Shown here in pieces: positions 28,693 to 38,554 of a stretch of DNA of 64,000 nt (its first letter is position 1; each line of letters begins with the position of its first letter). The stretch comes from a virus (taxonomy: Duplodnaviria > Heunggongvirae > Uroviricota > Caudoviricetes). Location of the stretch: positions 398,456 through 462,455 of IMG/VR virus record IMGVR_UViG_3300049044_000033; one strand, written 5' to 3'. Both the position numbers and the translations under genes were made by a program. Below the pieces are notes generated by a model, which saw only the letters and a list, made by a program, of their open reading frames with translations, made no database searches and was not told the origin of the DNA.

Positions 28693-29448
28693 TTATTTCC
28701 ACCTTTTCACAACGCGCAGACAACGCGCTGAGTCGTCATACAGAACGTCTAAAGACTTTGCGTCCAGGATAGCATCCTTGTGTACCGCATTGTAACTCAT
28801 GTTCTTAGAGGGCGCCTCAGGGTCCGGAAGCCCTGCTTCCTTGGCTGCTTTCTTCGCCTTCTTGTAATCTGCATCTGCGGCAGCTTGAGCCTGATCTGCA
28901 TCTTCGATGAGTTCATCATTCGAACCCTTGACGACCATCATCCTCTTACTAGCGATGAAATCAACAACTTTCGCATAATCGTCCAAGTTATCAAACTCGA
29001 TAACCGCAACAGTGCGCTCATCATTGTTGACGAAATCCCAACGACGCTTGAGGGCTTCATGTGCTTCGCGAACGTGGTCAGGAGTCATAAAGGTCACAGA
29101 AGTAGCATCACGGCTAACCCAAGGAATGCCCTTATACATCAAAACGCCAAGAGCAGATTCGAGCTCTTCATCGTTTGCGAAGCAGATCGTATTATCAGGT
29201 GTCTCGCTAGTTGACTCTTCGTCTTCCAAGTCAGCAACCGCAGCATCAAGATCAACCTCGTCCTCAACGACCTTAGGCTTGGGAGCCTTCTTTGCTCGAG
29301 TTTCGAGTTCCTTGACTTCTGGACTGTTGAGCTCCATGTCTTCGGCTACGAGGGCGATAGCTTCGTTGAGGGATTTTCCCTTGCGGGTTAGCTTGCTCAC
29401 TCGAGCAGAAGCTTCAATGATCATGGATTCAAAGATTAGATCTTTCAT
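28693..29448 (-). CDS. acidic hypothetical protein, probably virion-internal
   Basis: TAAATA promoter, multiple [LI]-x-E sites in the N-terminus (LIFES, IIEA, LNEA). Confidence 0.65.
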   Translation of the reverse strand: MKDLIFESMIIEASARVSKLTRKGKSLNEAIALVAEDMELNSPEVKELETRAKKAPKPKVVEDEVDLDAAVADLEDEESTSETPDNTICFANDEELESALGVLMYKGIPWVSRDATSVTFMTPDHVREAHEALKRRWDFVNNDERTVAVIEFDNLDDYAKVVDFIASKRMMVVKGSNDELIEDADQAQAAADADYKKAKKAAKEAGLPDPEAPSKNMSYNAVHKDAILDAKSLDVLYDDSARCLRVVKRWK

Positions 29449-29476
29449 GGGAATACCTCCTACAGGTTTCCCGTAT

Positions 29477-29737
29477 TTAATCTTTATGGTATTTGAGCTT
29501 GAGGATTAAAGCAATGTTAGGATCGTCAGTCTCAGCATCCATGTATTGCTCTTGGCTACCATCTGATAGACTTCTTACCTTTCCAAGCTGAACAAAGACG
29601 TTTCCAAGTTCGCGGATTTCCTCAGCAGTGAGCCAGATAGTTTCTGGATCTAAGACCATGCTGAGAAGCCAATATGGTTTTCCCGTCTTGTCCCGGTAGG
29701 AATGGAGTTGTCCACTCAAGGCAGTTGACCATTCCAT
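29477..29737 (-). CDS. FKLxW-related family protein (divergent)
   Basis: ETDDPNIALILKLKY. Confidence 0.55.
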   Translation of the reverse strand: MEWSTALSGQLHSYRDKTGKPYWLLSMVLDPETIWLTAEEIRELGNVFVQLGKVRSLSDGSQEQYMDAETDDPNIALILKLKYHKD

Positions 29738-29964
29738 CGGGTTAAAAACAAAGCAGCATCTCGGGGTTCAGCGAACCATACCCCATCGGTATGCGGATTG
29801 TAGTGACCTTTGATCGCAACATTGATCCAAGGCTGGACTTCTTCATCCCACCAAACTGCGAGCTTATCATGGCGGGATAGATCGGTATTCTTAACCATAC
29901 CCAATTGGGTCCAGAATATCGTAACACTACGAAGAACCAAACGGTGGTCGTCGAACTCTTCCAT
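29716..29964 (-). CDS. FKLxW-motif family small protein
   Basis: VQPWI...VWFAEPRDAALFLTRW. Confidence 0.7.
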   Translation of the reverse strand: MEEFDDHRLVLRSVTIFWTQLGMVKNTDLSRHDKLAVWWDEEVQPWINVAIKGHYNPHTDGVWFAEPRDAALFLTRWNGQLP

Positions 29965-30410
29965 TAGCCCCAGACCAACTTAAAAATTGCAGCATCGCGC
30001 TTGCGACGGAACTTATATCGGAAAGGATTGATCTTGATATAGCCGCTCTTTGAGCATTTATTCACCCAATCGGCGATCTCATGTTTGACCTCATCCGAGC
30101 CCTTAAGGCGTTCTTGATCAACGAGCTTCTTAGTATCAACGGTGATGGTAGTCCCGCCGAAGATAGACCACCACTTCATTGGATTTTTCTGCTTTAGAAA
30201 CAAAGCAGTGAAGAACATCAGGAAGGGGAAAGCGAAGATAAAAGAATCGTTCAAAGTAAAGGGCTTACCTTGAACGAAATGCCCGACCAAAAGCGCAGGC
30301 CATCCGCCAATAATACAAGCCAGCACGACCATGATAGTTGGCCCGGCCTCGCTGATCATTAGCCAGTCGATAGATCTACCGAATAACCCCCGTCTGTCTT
30401 GCTCGTTCAT
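29964..30410 (-). CDS. membrane-anchored FKLxW-motif family protein
   Basis: Two TM segments, then IADWV...YKFRRKRDAAIFKLVWG. Confidence 0.72.
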   Translation of the reverse strand: MNEQDRRGLFGRSIDWLMISEAGPTIMVVLACIIGGWPALLVGHFVQGKPFTLNDSFIFAFPFLMFFTALFLKQKNPMKWWSIFGGTTITVDTKKLVDQERLKGSDEVKHEIADWVNKCSKSGYIKINPFRYKFRRKRDAAIFKLVWG

Positions 30411-31422
30411 AAAGTTGTCTCGATGCTACCTGTTTGCCCTTTGCCTCAACTTCAAGATCAGTCCAAGCCAAGTGACTCAACGCCCAATCGTTGCTGGCAG
30501 AATTCCAACAACCATAGGAGTGAGCACGAAGCTTGCTGGGCTTAAAGCCTTCTGCATTCAAGCTTATAAAGTCAGGTAGGGTAGAAGAGCAAGCACCTTT
30601 TAGCAGTTCTTCTGAACTTGTGGAAAAATGTCCCAGGGGGCGATTACCTCGCCAGCTTTCTTTGAAGAATTCAATCCTTGAGTCAGAGGGTTCGATATAT
30701 TGACCGCCTGATTCAACCCAATGATGATGGATATCGAGGACGAGTGCCACATGTTTGTGAAGGTCACTGGAGATCATTTCATCAACTGAGCAACCAAACT
30801 CATCATTCTCAATCGTGAGAAGATTCCTCAACGTGGGACTCAGTTTATTCGCTATTGTGTCTTTGAGTTGAACCAAACCTGGATCTAAATTGTTATTTGC
30901 GTGGATATTGATAGCAAAACCGTTTGAGTGCCAAGTGTCGCCGTAACCCATAGATTCGGCTATATAGGCGTGATAGTTCAAGTCGTCGATTGAATTTTCG
31001 ACCACATCAGGCTTCTGACTACAAAGTGTGGTAAACTGGCCAGGGTGAGTGCAGAGTCGGATACGATTCGCATCAGCAATATGACGAACGCCAGATAGCC
31101 CTTCATCGATCAAGTTCTGCATATCAAGTTCAGCATAGACCCAATCAAAATCCACAACCGTGTAGGCAGGGAGAAAATCACTAGTAATGCGAAAGAGTCG
31201 CATCTCTTCTGGCTGCGCTGATATCCAAGCCAGCTGTTTTCTGAGGGTGACGATATTGTGTCGAACTAAATCGACTAGCTTCTCATAAGCAGCATTTCTG
31301 CTCATCTTGCGCAAAGCTGTAAGGGTAGTCGACGATTGGTTCATCGACTTTGCTAGGGCTTTATCATCAGTCTGAAACTTACAACAAAAGCCAATACGGG
31401 GAGGACCATTCATCCTCCCCAT
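30376..31422 (-). CDS. uvsE: UV damage endonuclease
   Basis: RIGFCCK, LFRITSD, HPGQFTTL, IENDE, LDIHHHW, RAHS, EAKGK; likely start at ATG 31413. Confidence 0.9.
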   Translation of the reverse strand: MGRMNGPPRIGFCCKFQTDDKALAKSMNQSSTTLTALRKMSRNAAYEKLVDLVRHNIVTLRKQLAWISAQPEEMRLFRITSDFLPAYTVVDFDWVYAELDMQNLIDEGLSGVRHIADANRIRLCTHPGQFTTLCSQKPDVVENSIDDLNYHAYIAESMGYGDTWHSNGFAINIHANNNLDPGLVQLKDTIANKLSPTLRNLLTIENDEFGCSVDEMISSDLHKHVALVLDIHHHWVESGGQYIEPSDSRIEFFKESWRGNRPLGHFSTSSEELLKGACSSTLPDFISLNAEGFKPSKLRAHSYGCWNSASNDWALSHLAWTDLEVEAKGKQVASRQLYERARQTGVIR

Positions 31423-31454
31423 ATAGTTAATCTCTAGCAGATATCAACCACAAG

Positions 31455-31865
31455 TTACCACTGAGCAACAACCTGAATGTCGATGATCTCGCCATATTCA
31501 GTAGTAACCTTGCCCTTGAGGGTCTTGCGATTGTCGGCCCAGAAATCGTTTTCATATTCACGAACTTCGCGATCCGTACCGAAAAGCTTTTCGCCTTCAT
31601 CGTCTTCTGTGGGACGATGCGTGGACAGACGAGTCCAATTTGCCGCATCAAAGATAGCAGGCCAGAACGTAGTCTGCATCTCGCCACTTTGCTCTTTAGA
31701 CACAATGTTGAACTGATTCCGAACGATCGAGGGATCATCCTGAATCTTGTCCATCAGAGCCTGGAGACATTCCTGACTGCTGAACTTGTGAACTTTCTCT
31801 TCAGGACCTACTCCCGGATGGGAGAGGCCGATTCCTGCGAGAGGATTAAAACCACCGGTGCTCAT
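31455..31865 (-). CDS. hypothetical protein
   Basis: 136 aa, GAGGAG RBS. Confidence 0.6.
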   Translation of the reverse strand: MSTGGFNPLAGIGLSHPGVGPEEKVHKFSSQECLQALMDKIQDDPSIVRNQFNIVSKEQSGEMQTTFWPAIFDAANWTRLSTHRPTEDDEGEKLFGTDREVREYENDFWADNRKTLKGKVTTEYGEIIDIQVVAQW

Positions 31866-32086
31866 ATTGTCTCCTCGGGTTTGAAGGTGTTAATAGCCAT
31901 TTTCGTGTCGTCCAGTATCTGCGGCAAGAATAGGATACTAGAGAATATAGCTGCCGCAAACACTAGCCAATGCTGGACACCAGTGAGGTTAAGACTCAGA
32001 AAAACAATTCCTGCGCTGAAGAACACCACGATGATAGCGTTTGCTAGAATTCGTAGAAGGGCTTGTTTCTTATTCATTAACGCCAC
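31862..32086 (-). CDS. small two-TM membrane protein
   Basis: Hydrophobic hairpin; resembles its neighbour (KK.LL..LAN). Confidence 0.6.
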   Translation of the reverse strand: MALMNKKQALLRILANAIIVVFFSAGIVFLSLNLTGVQHWLVFAAAIFSSILFLPQILDDTKMAINTFKPEETI

Positions 32087-32322
32087 TCCTCATTCCAAAA
32101 TTCGATGAGTTCCTCCTCACCCATTGCCAGATACTGTGTGATCCTAACAATTTGCGCAATAGCAAACGCTATGGTCATAATATTGAACAGAGCCATGATG
32201 AACGTGGACTCGTCGTCTTTGACCGGGAAGACAAATACCATGAGGTAGATACACAATGCGAACGCCGCTAGTCGGTTTGCGAGTGCCTTCAGCAATGTCT
32301 TTTTATAAAGGGTCATCCCCAC
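32077..32322 (-). CDS. small two-TM membrane protein
   Basis: KKTLLKALAN followed by two hydrophobic segments. Confidence 0.6.
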   Translation of the reverse strand: MGMTLYKKTLLKALANRLAAFALCIYLMVFVFPVKDDESTFIMALFNIMTIAFAIAQIVRITQYLAMGEEELIEFWNEEWR

Positions 32323-34322
32323 TTGGCCTTTGCTTCAACGATGCTGATCACATTGTCGTCGCCAATAAGCTGACGAGCCTTGACCAGCTTTGAACTGTTG
32401 CCCTTGGGATCCTTGGCGACCAAGTAAGTCGTGTCCTTGTTTACCGAAGAACCGATGCGACCCGAACGAGCCTCAATCTTCGCTTCCAGTTCCTTGTCAC
32501 GGATACCAGTAAACACTACGACCACGCCGTCGAGATCACCACCGACTACTTTTTCCTTGGGAGCAACCAAAGTGTAGTGACCGTCGATTTCCTTGAGGAA
32601 ATCACGGAAGGCAGGCAGATTGTCAACGATGGTCGTCGCAATGATCTGACCAAAGCCCTCAACAGCAGCGATCCTTTTGACCAGTTCAGGACCGGGGAAG
32701 TCAGCGAGCACAACATCGTTGCCAAGTGCCTCAATGAGCTTCGTCATCTTACGACGTCCGATGCCGCGACCGAGCAAGTTGGAAGAACCGGCCAGGATAC
32801 CAAGCTCAACATTTGCGAGCTTTGCGCGCAGACCTTCGTAGATTTTCCGACCCGCGCTATCACCGGCAGCGGCCTTCAGTTCTGCTTCAGTAGCCTTGAT
32901 GATCTGAGCCGGAGTCTTGAACCCTGCATCATAGAGCTTCTCAATGCTACCCTCACGCAGATGAGGAGCATCAAGACCGCCGGCGCCAAAAGTAGCAGCA
33001 ATGATTTCCAGAGCCACTGCCTTATTGTTAGACGTATCGGTCATGACCAGATCGACCTGACCATCTGTCCATTCCATTGGACCGAACTCATCTTCGCTAG
33101 GTTCCTGCCAGTTAGCCGCTGGTTCAACGACCTTCTGGATGAAGGGAATCACATCACCCGAACGAGTGATCTGAATCTTGGCGCCCGGACCAATCATCTT
33201 GTCCCGAATGAACTTAGCGTTAAAGCCAGTCGCATAGGTGATCGTTACACCGACGAGGTCGACGGGCTTGATTTCTACACGCGGCTTGAGATAACCGGCC
33301 TTACTGGGATTCCAGTGGACCTTCACAACCTCGGCAATAGCCACATTGTCTTCGCTACCAAGTTTGAACTTGCGCGAATACATCGGATTAATGCTGCTGG
33401 AATTACGACGCAAACTATCACGGAGTTCTGCGTTGTCGAGATCAATGACCAGGCCATCAATTGCGGTCTTCGTCTTTGCCCGACACTTCTCCAGCAACGC
33501 TGTCAGGAATTCATCGGTCAGTTCGCGACCATAAGCAGTTGTGTATGGAGTAACTTCGTAGCCAGCAGCTTCGAGAACTTTGAACTGTTCCAGCTTGCCC
33601 ATCTTCGGGCTTACGATCGAGGTCGCAATCACTTTGACCTTATCGTAAAATTCCTGCGGGCTCTCGCTGGCGTTCATCCGACCCGCTACATAGTTGCGCG
33701 CATTCTTATAAACGCGACCGCCATCTGCTTCGGCCTGTGACTTCATTGCTGCGAAAACATCATCTTCCATGATGACTTCGAGACGCACATCAGTCTTAGA
33801 GAGGGAAGTCAACCCGCCGACAGGCACAGCCTTAATACGCTTCATGTGACGCGTAATATCCGCACCCTGGAAGCCATTACCACGCGAATAGCTGATCTGA
33901 AGAGGTCCGCCATGACCATGGCAGTTGAGAGCCGAAGTGCCGTCCTGTTTGTCGGAGATTACGAAGAGTTCGTCTTCCCAGCCGTTGGCCTGGATCCACT
34001 TAATAGTGTCGCCCTCATAGACCTGGTCCAGAGAGCCCATTGGATGAGGGAGGTCAATTTTTCCGCCACGAACGTCACTACCCACAGTAGTGAGGAACTT
34101 GTTCTGAGGATCAATGCTGCGGAGCATCTTCTCGAGCTCGTCATACTGTGCGTCAGTGAGGAAGCTTTCGCCATCATCGTTATAATACTGATCAGAGGCT
34201 ATGCTTAGGATAGCAACAAGGTCACTGGACTGAGGATCATACTCTCCAGAGAGGATTTCCTGAGCCTGATCCACAACGCTGGTTCTGGTCAGTTCATCAT
34301 CTTCTTGCGCGCTCAAAAACAT
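32313..34322 (-). CDS. ligA: NAD+-dependent DNA ligase
   Basis: YYN...LTDAQYD, MGSLD, KQDG, SRGNG..G.DIT, NARN, DGLVI, RSGDVIP, HhH, C-terminal BRCT; no Zn-finger cysteines. Confidence 0.95.
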   Translation of the reverse strand: MFLSAQEDDELTRTSVVDQAQEILSGEYDPQSSDLVAILSIASDQYYNDDGESFLTDAQYDELEKMLRSIDPQNKFLTTVGSDVRGGKIDLPHPMGSLDQVYEGDTIKWIQANGWEDELFVISDKQDGTSALNCHGHGGPLQISYSRGNGFQGADITRHMKRIKAVPVGGLTSLSKTDVRLEVIMEDDVFAAMKSQAEADGGRVYKNARNYVAGRMNASESPQEFYDKVKVIATSIVSPKMGKLEQFKVLEAAGYEVTPYTTAYGRELTDEFLTALLEKCRAKTKTAIDGLVIDLDNAELRDSLRRNSSSINPMYSRKFKLGSEDNVAIAEVVKVHWNPSKAGYLKPRVEIKPVDLVGVTITYATGFNAKFIRDKMIGPGAKIQITRSGDVIPFIQKVVEPAANWQEPSEDEFGPMEWTDGQVDLVMTDTSNNKAVALEIIAATFGAGGLDAPHLREGSIEKLYDAGFKTPAQIIKATEAELKAAAGDSAGRKIYEGLRAKLANVELGILAGSSNLLGRGIGRRKMTKLIEALGNDVVLADFPGPELVKRIAAVEGFGQIIATTIVDNLPAFRDFLKEIDGHYTLVAPKEKVVGGDLDGVVVVFTGIRDKELEAKIEARSGRIGSSVNKDTTYLVAKDPKGNSSKLVKARQLIGDDNVISIVEAKAKWG

Positions 34323-34367
34323 TTGATCTCCCTTTAAACCGATCTACTGCCCATGTTGTAACACAGG

Positions 34368-34769
34368 CTATTCAGCTGTCAAGCGAATTAGCTCAGTTCG
34401 GATGGTTTCCATGGGGAGATATTTGTGGAGGCTTTTTAGGAGGATTCGGCGATACCAGAAGTTCCATTCCTTAGCATCAGCTATTAGAGCAGCTTGCTCG
34501 ACTGCTTCGTCAGCCGCTTGCCCTTGTAGGTTACCACTAGCTAGTTGCATCGCAAGAGCAAAGAAGTCTCGGAAAGATAGACTGCCTGGTTCTTCATCCT
34601 CTAAGTCAAGAGCTGGAACACTGGATAGATTAAATTGCTGGTCGGGAGAAGTAGCTAGATCCAAACCGATCCAGAAGTCCTCACAATCAAGTTCCCAGGC
34701 TTGTTGGAGGACTTCTTTATGATCAGCATTTGGGTCCATGAGACTAACAATGATATCTAAGGGTCTCAC
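34368..34769 (-). CDS. stand-alone N-terminal domain of a phage ATP-dependent DNA ligase (remnant)
   Basis: F..LA.QL..G.L.G.AA..A......EWNFWYRRILLKSL resembles the T4-like ATP-ligase DNA-binding domain; no KxDG. Confidence 0.55.
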   Translation of the reverse strand: MRPLDIIVSLMDPNADHKEVLQQAWELDCEDFWIGLDLATSPDQQFNLSSVPALDLEDEEPGSLSFRDFFALAMQLASGNLQGQAADEAVEQAALIADAKEWNFWYRRILLKSLHKYLPMETIRTELIRLTAE

Positions 34770-34772
34770 TTG

Positions 34773-35375
34773 TTACCTCTTGAGCCACTTATTCAAATCT
34801 TCTCTACCTACCACAACATAGCCTTGCTCGGCAAGCATATTCATAAAAAGGTGTGGTAGTTCATAATCAACATTGCGATATTGTTCCGGTAAGTCTTCCC
34901 ACGGGCGCATTAGTGGATGTTGTTTATTTTTCTCATCTACCTTCAAACCAAATGACCAACCTCTGGCAGATCTTTCTTCATACCAGCGTTGATGTTGGTG
35001 TTTAGCCAGCGTTACACAAAGGTTGTTGTAATCTTCCTCTTCCATTACAACTGCGTCAGCTGGACCTTGACGCGCGGTCGTTATATCGTTTGAACTTGTT
35101 TCAATTTCGCCCTCGGGATATGCTTCTTCAATTACAACCGTTTCATCTTCAGTGAGGTCACGGGTCAGAGGAATTTCATAATAGTGGGTGCCTCCTTTGG
35201 TTTCCTTGTGGACCATAAAGACCACATCAGGTTCGCCTTGGAGATTAGTTGTCTGCACGCTGGATAATAGACCAGAGGGCAGATTGTTCTTTACGCAATG
35301 ATACCACGCGATAGCCTCCTCCTTAGAAAGAGGCTCGCTTGTTTTTAGTCGGATGAAGAGTGGGATCTCTGTCAT
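34773..35375 (-). CDS. RyR-domain protein
   Basis: LAKHQHQRW...GWSFG...K.HPLMRPWEDLPE..R..D. Confidence 0.8.
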   Translation of the reverse strand: MTEIPLFIRLKTSEPLSKEEAIAWYHCVKNNLPSGLLSSVQTTNLQGEPDVVFMVHKETKGGTHYYEIPLTRDLTEDETVVIEEAYPEGEIETSSNDITTARQGPADAVVMEEEDYNNLCVTLAKHQHQRWYEERSARGWSFGLKVDEKNKQHPLMRPWEDLPEQYRNVDYELPHLFMNMLAEQGYVVVGREDLNKWLKR

Positions 35376-35376
35376 G

Positions 35377-35895
35377 TTAATACTTATCAGGTTCAGCATC
35401 TGGGTTATCCACACCAGTGCCCATATCAGGCTGTGGTGCTACTTGAGCAGGCATATAGGGCTGGTATGGCTGAGGATATGGCTGTGGATATGCTGGTTGG
35501 TAGTAAGCAGGGGCTGGAGGAGGAGTTGGAGTTGAATCGACTGCGCCCTGCTGTTTGACCTGTTCAATCTGAGCCGCACCACGGGTCCAAGCTGCGACAC
35601 CTAGGATGGCACCAAACGCAACGTGGAAAAGACCACTACCCTGAAGGGTTAGAGGTTCCCAAGGCGTTCTAGCAGCAATCAAAGCAGATGCAACAGTAGG
35701 TTCGAGATCCTTAACGGCTACGGCCATTTGCGCGATAGAAGCGCTCTTGAAGCCCATAAAGGCTGGAGCAATGATAAAATCAAAGAGACAGATAAGCAGG
35801 TAGACAACTGCGGCTGCCGGGCGCCAGGTCCTATTGAGCCAAGTCTCGCCACCTTCTAGTTCGAATACATCTCTCTTGCGAGACTTCTTAGTCAT
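35377..35895 (-). CDS. holin (3TM, GTA-type)
   Basis: WRPAAA.VY..ICLFDFII.P, WEPLTL.G.GLFH..FGAILGV.AWTR; Pro/Gln/Tyr-rich tail. Confidence 0.75.
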   Translation of the reverse strand: MTKKSRKRDVFELEGGETWLNRTWRPAAAVVYLLICLFDFIIAPAFMGFKSASIAQMAVAVKDLEPTVASALIAARTPWEPLTLQGSGLFHVAFGAILGVAAWTRGAAQIEQVKQQGAVDSTPTPPPAPAYYQPAYPQPYPQPYQPYMPAQVAPQPDMGTGVDNPDAEPDKY

Positions 35896-35975
35896 AATAC
35901 CGATCTCCCATTAGGGTTTTTGGTATTTAGTCATGGTTAGAGCGTGAGAAGGAATACCTCCCCACGCCCTGACTT

Positions 35976-36758
35976 TTAGCTTGCGAAAGCGTAACGTGCC
36001 GAAACAACGTCGCCTGGATCTAGGTCGTAAGGCAACATGTCAAGGTCAATGACCAAGTTACGAGTTGCTACAGACCACTGATCATCTTCGATACGCTGAC
36101 CGTTGATCTCGACCGAAACCGAGTTCGCCTGTGGCACGTAGTCAAAGAAGTTCAAGAACGAGTAGGTTCCAGTCGATACAGTGTTACCAGTGTATTCTAC
36201 TGCTTTGGAACGAAGGTTCACACCTGCGCCGTTTAGACCAGTAGCACCAATGTAACGGTGACCAACAAGATAGAGACTACCAGTGGTAGTATTCACACCG
36301 GCTGGCAAGGAGTTAACAAAACGCAGGACACCTGCGCTGTAGTCAAACACCCATTCAAAACCGCTGCTACCGCCGTTCAGCTTTACGCCGCCGGAAGTTG
36401 GATTACCACGATACACTTCAACGAGATAACCTGCGTCAATTGCTGGTGGAATCCAGTTAGTTAGACGCGAAGTCAAGTCGCCCTGGGTTGAGGTAGCAAC
36501 CCAAGCCAAGTTACCAGAAACTGTTGGATCAACAGTCATCTGGATTGGAGCCGAAGTGGTGTAGTATTGAACAACACTTCCCGAGGCCATTGGAGCAGGA
36601 ACAGGAACATTCTCTGCCATAATGGTATTACCATAGACAGGTGTACCCGAGCCAATGGTTTCTTCAAAACCCTGCTTGCCCGAACCACCGGTGTTGGTCA
36701 CACCGTAGATTGTCTTCTTCCAGAGGAAGTCGACCTTTTGGGTATCAGAAATAGCCAT
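35976..36758 (-). CDS. virion structural protein (fibre-associated)
   Basis: QKVDFLWKK, WVFDY.AGVL.F, C-terminal V.INGQ...D..D.V...Y domain. Confidence 0.7.
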   Translation of the reverse strand: MAISDTQKVDFLWKKTIYGVTNTGGSGKQGFEETIGSGTPVYGNTIMAENVPVPAPMASGSVVQYYTTSAPIQMTVDPTVSGNLAWVATSTQGDLTSRLTNWIPPAIDAGYLVEVYRGNPTSGGVKLNGGSSGFEWVFDYSAGVLRFVNSLPAGVNTTTGSLYLVGHRYIGATGLNGAGVNLRSKAVEYTGNTVSTGTYSFLNFFDYVPQANSVSVEINGQRIEDDQWSVATRNLVIDLDMLPYDLDPGDVVSARYAFAS

Positions 36759-36771
36759 GTCTTATTCCTCC

Positions 36772-38463
36772 TTACGAGATAGTCAGAGCAGTGATTGCTT
36801 GACCGGCGTTGAGCTTAAAGCGAACCAATACTTCGTTCAGAGTTGAATTCGAAGACGATTCGGTACCAAAGGTCAAGGTGTAGGTCTGAGTACCGGATCC
36901 AGTTGGAAGAGTACCAGCCGCACAACCTGCCGCAGTATCATTAGTACGTCCTGGAATACCTGCACCACTGTAAAGTGCGAAGCCATTCCACCAAGCGCCA
37001 CCTAGAGCTGCTGGGCTCTTAGTCACGTTGGTCGAAACACCTGGAAGAGCAACCCAAACACCTGCGTAGGTACCAGTTACTGTGACGCTGATCGAGCTCT
37101 TACCTGCAACCTTAAAGCTGTAGGTAACATACTGCGAGGCATCCTTAGTAGAGTAGTCTGGACCAACTGGCAAGTAACCAGTCGACAAGTTAGTGCGCAA
37201 GTTGCGGATCTGACCACCTGCGATAACTGCTTCATGCTCGTAACCAGATGCATTCAGCAGCTGAGTAGAGCTCCAAGTTGCAGTAGTGATATCCGAAGGA
37301 GTATCACCGGTTCCTGCCATACGCACACGCGAAGGAGCAACACCACCAGTTAGGCTTGGTTCACGAACACCGCCAGTTCCCGAAAGAACGATCAGGTTGC
37401 TAGAAGCCTGAGTAGAAGCACCAGTACCATTTGGGTTAACGCCTAGAACTGCAACCTTAGCTGCGATATCCTGGAAGTTACCGCTAACAGTGAAAGTCTG
37501 TGAGGTTAGGTCAAACGACAAGGTGTCCTTGTTAAGGATGCTTGGAAGACCACCCTGACCAGCAGCAAAGTTAGAAGCAGAACCTGGACCAGTGACCGAA
37601 ATGATGGTACCTGCAACGTAGGTTTCACCAGCAAGGTTGGTTAGGTTTGCGCTAACGCTGAGGGTCGAAGTACCAGCATAGTGCTCAATACCCGAAGAGA
37701 AAGTTCCGACCTTAGTGCCCTGAACTACAGTAACGTTCGAGGATACTGGAAGAGCGGTCAAGCTATCACGGATATAGGTGAGGTTGTTGGTATTACCACT
37801 GATCGAGTGCTTGAGCTGCATGGTGTTCAGACCAGTTAGAGCAGTAGCACCAACGACTTGAGAGTCGAAGGTCTGGAAGAAACCATCAGGAGCAGCACCG
37901 CCGCCCTGTGCTGTACCGCCCCACTTGTTATCGGAAATGCGAAGAACACCAGTGCTCTTAACGTCGCCGATAGTGTCAGTGAAGGCAAAGCTTTCGCCCT
38001 GTACCGCAGCATTGTTGAGCCATAGCGCAACAGTACCTGCATCACCGGTACCTAGATCCTGAAGGATCGTCGAGTTAACCGAAGAAGCAGTTGTGCGAGC
38101 AACGTCGGAACCAGCCGATGGACCACCGGCAATCGAGTTGCTAGTGTAACCCTGAGCTGCCTTGTGAGTTGCGCTAGCCGAGAGAGCCAACACGCCAGTG
38201 TTGAGACCCGCAGGAGCATTTGGAAGAAGAAGACCGAGGACTTCGTTGATCGAGTCGATCGCAGTCGAGACTTTAGTGGTTGGTTCGAGGGAAACCGCTG
38301 GAGCCTTACCACCTTCGTAACGCGAACCAGTATAGGTACCATCTTCGGCGTCGCCGAGAGTTGGAACTACCCACTGGTTGTTGCCTTCACCGTCAGTTGT
38401 AAGAATGGCGCCTGCTGGCTGACCGTCGGAGTTGATTTGCTTGATTTTAATCTTGGACATCAA
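36772..38463 (-). CDS. virion fibre/structural protein
   Basis: G/S/T-rich beta protein, LGDAEDG, AIDSINEVL, YLPVGPDYS. Confidence 0.7.
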   Translation of the reverse strand: MMSKIKIKQINSDGQPAGAILTTDGEGNNQWVVPTLGDAEDGTYTGSRYEGGKAPAVSLEPTTKVSTAIDSINEVLGLLLPNAPAGLNTGVLALSASATHKAAQGYTSNSIAGGPSAGSDVARTTASSVNSTILQDLGTGDAGTVALWLNNAAVQGESFAFTDTIGDVKSTGVLRISDNKWGGTAQGGGAAPDGFFQTFDSQVVGATALTGLNTMQLKHSISGNTNNLTYIRDSLTALPVSSNVTVVQGTKVGTFSSGIEHYAGTSTLSVSANLTNLAGETYVAGTIISVTGPGSASNFAAGQGGLPSILNKDTLSFDLTSQTFTVSGNFQDIAAKVAVLGVNPNGTGASTQASSNLIVLSGTGGVREPSLTGGVAPSRVRMAGTGDTPSDITTATWSSTQLLNASGYEHEAVIAGGQIRNLRTNLSTGYLPVGPDYSTKDASQYVTYSFKVAGKSSISVTVTGTYAGVWVALPGVSTNVTKSPAALGGAWWNGFALYSGAGIPGRTNDTAAGCAAGTLPTGSGTQTYTLTFGTESSSNSTLNEVLVRFKLNAGQAITALTIS

Positions 38464-38484
38464 GAGAACTCCTTATAGATGAGG

Positions 38485-38510
38485 ATAGGGGAGGATAGAA
38501 TCCTCCCCTA
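38485..38510 (-). terminator. hairpin between fibre genes
   Basis: TAGGGGAGGAT/ATCCTCCCCTA inverted repeat. Confidence 0.6.
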
Positions 38511-38554
38511 GTTCTAAAGAGGAGGAGCCCTAAGACCCCTCCCCTCTATTTCAA

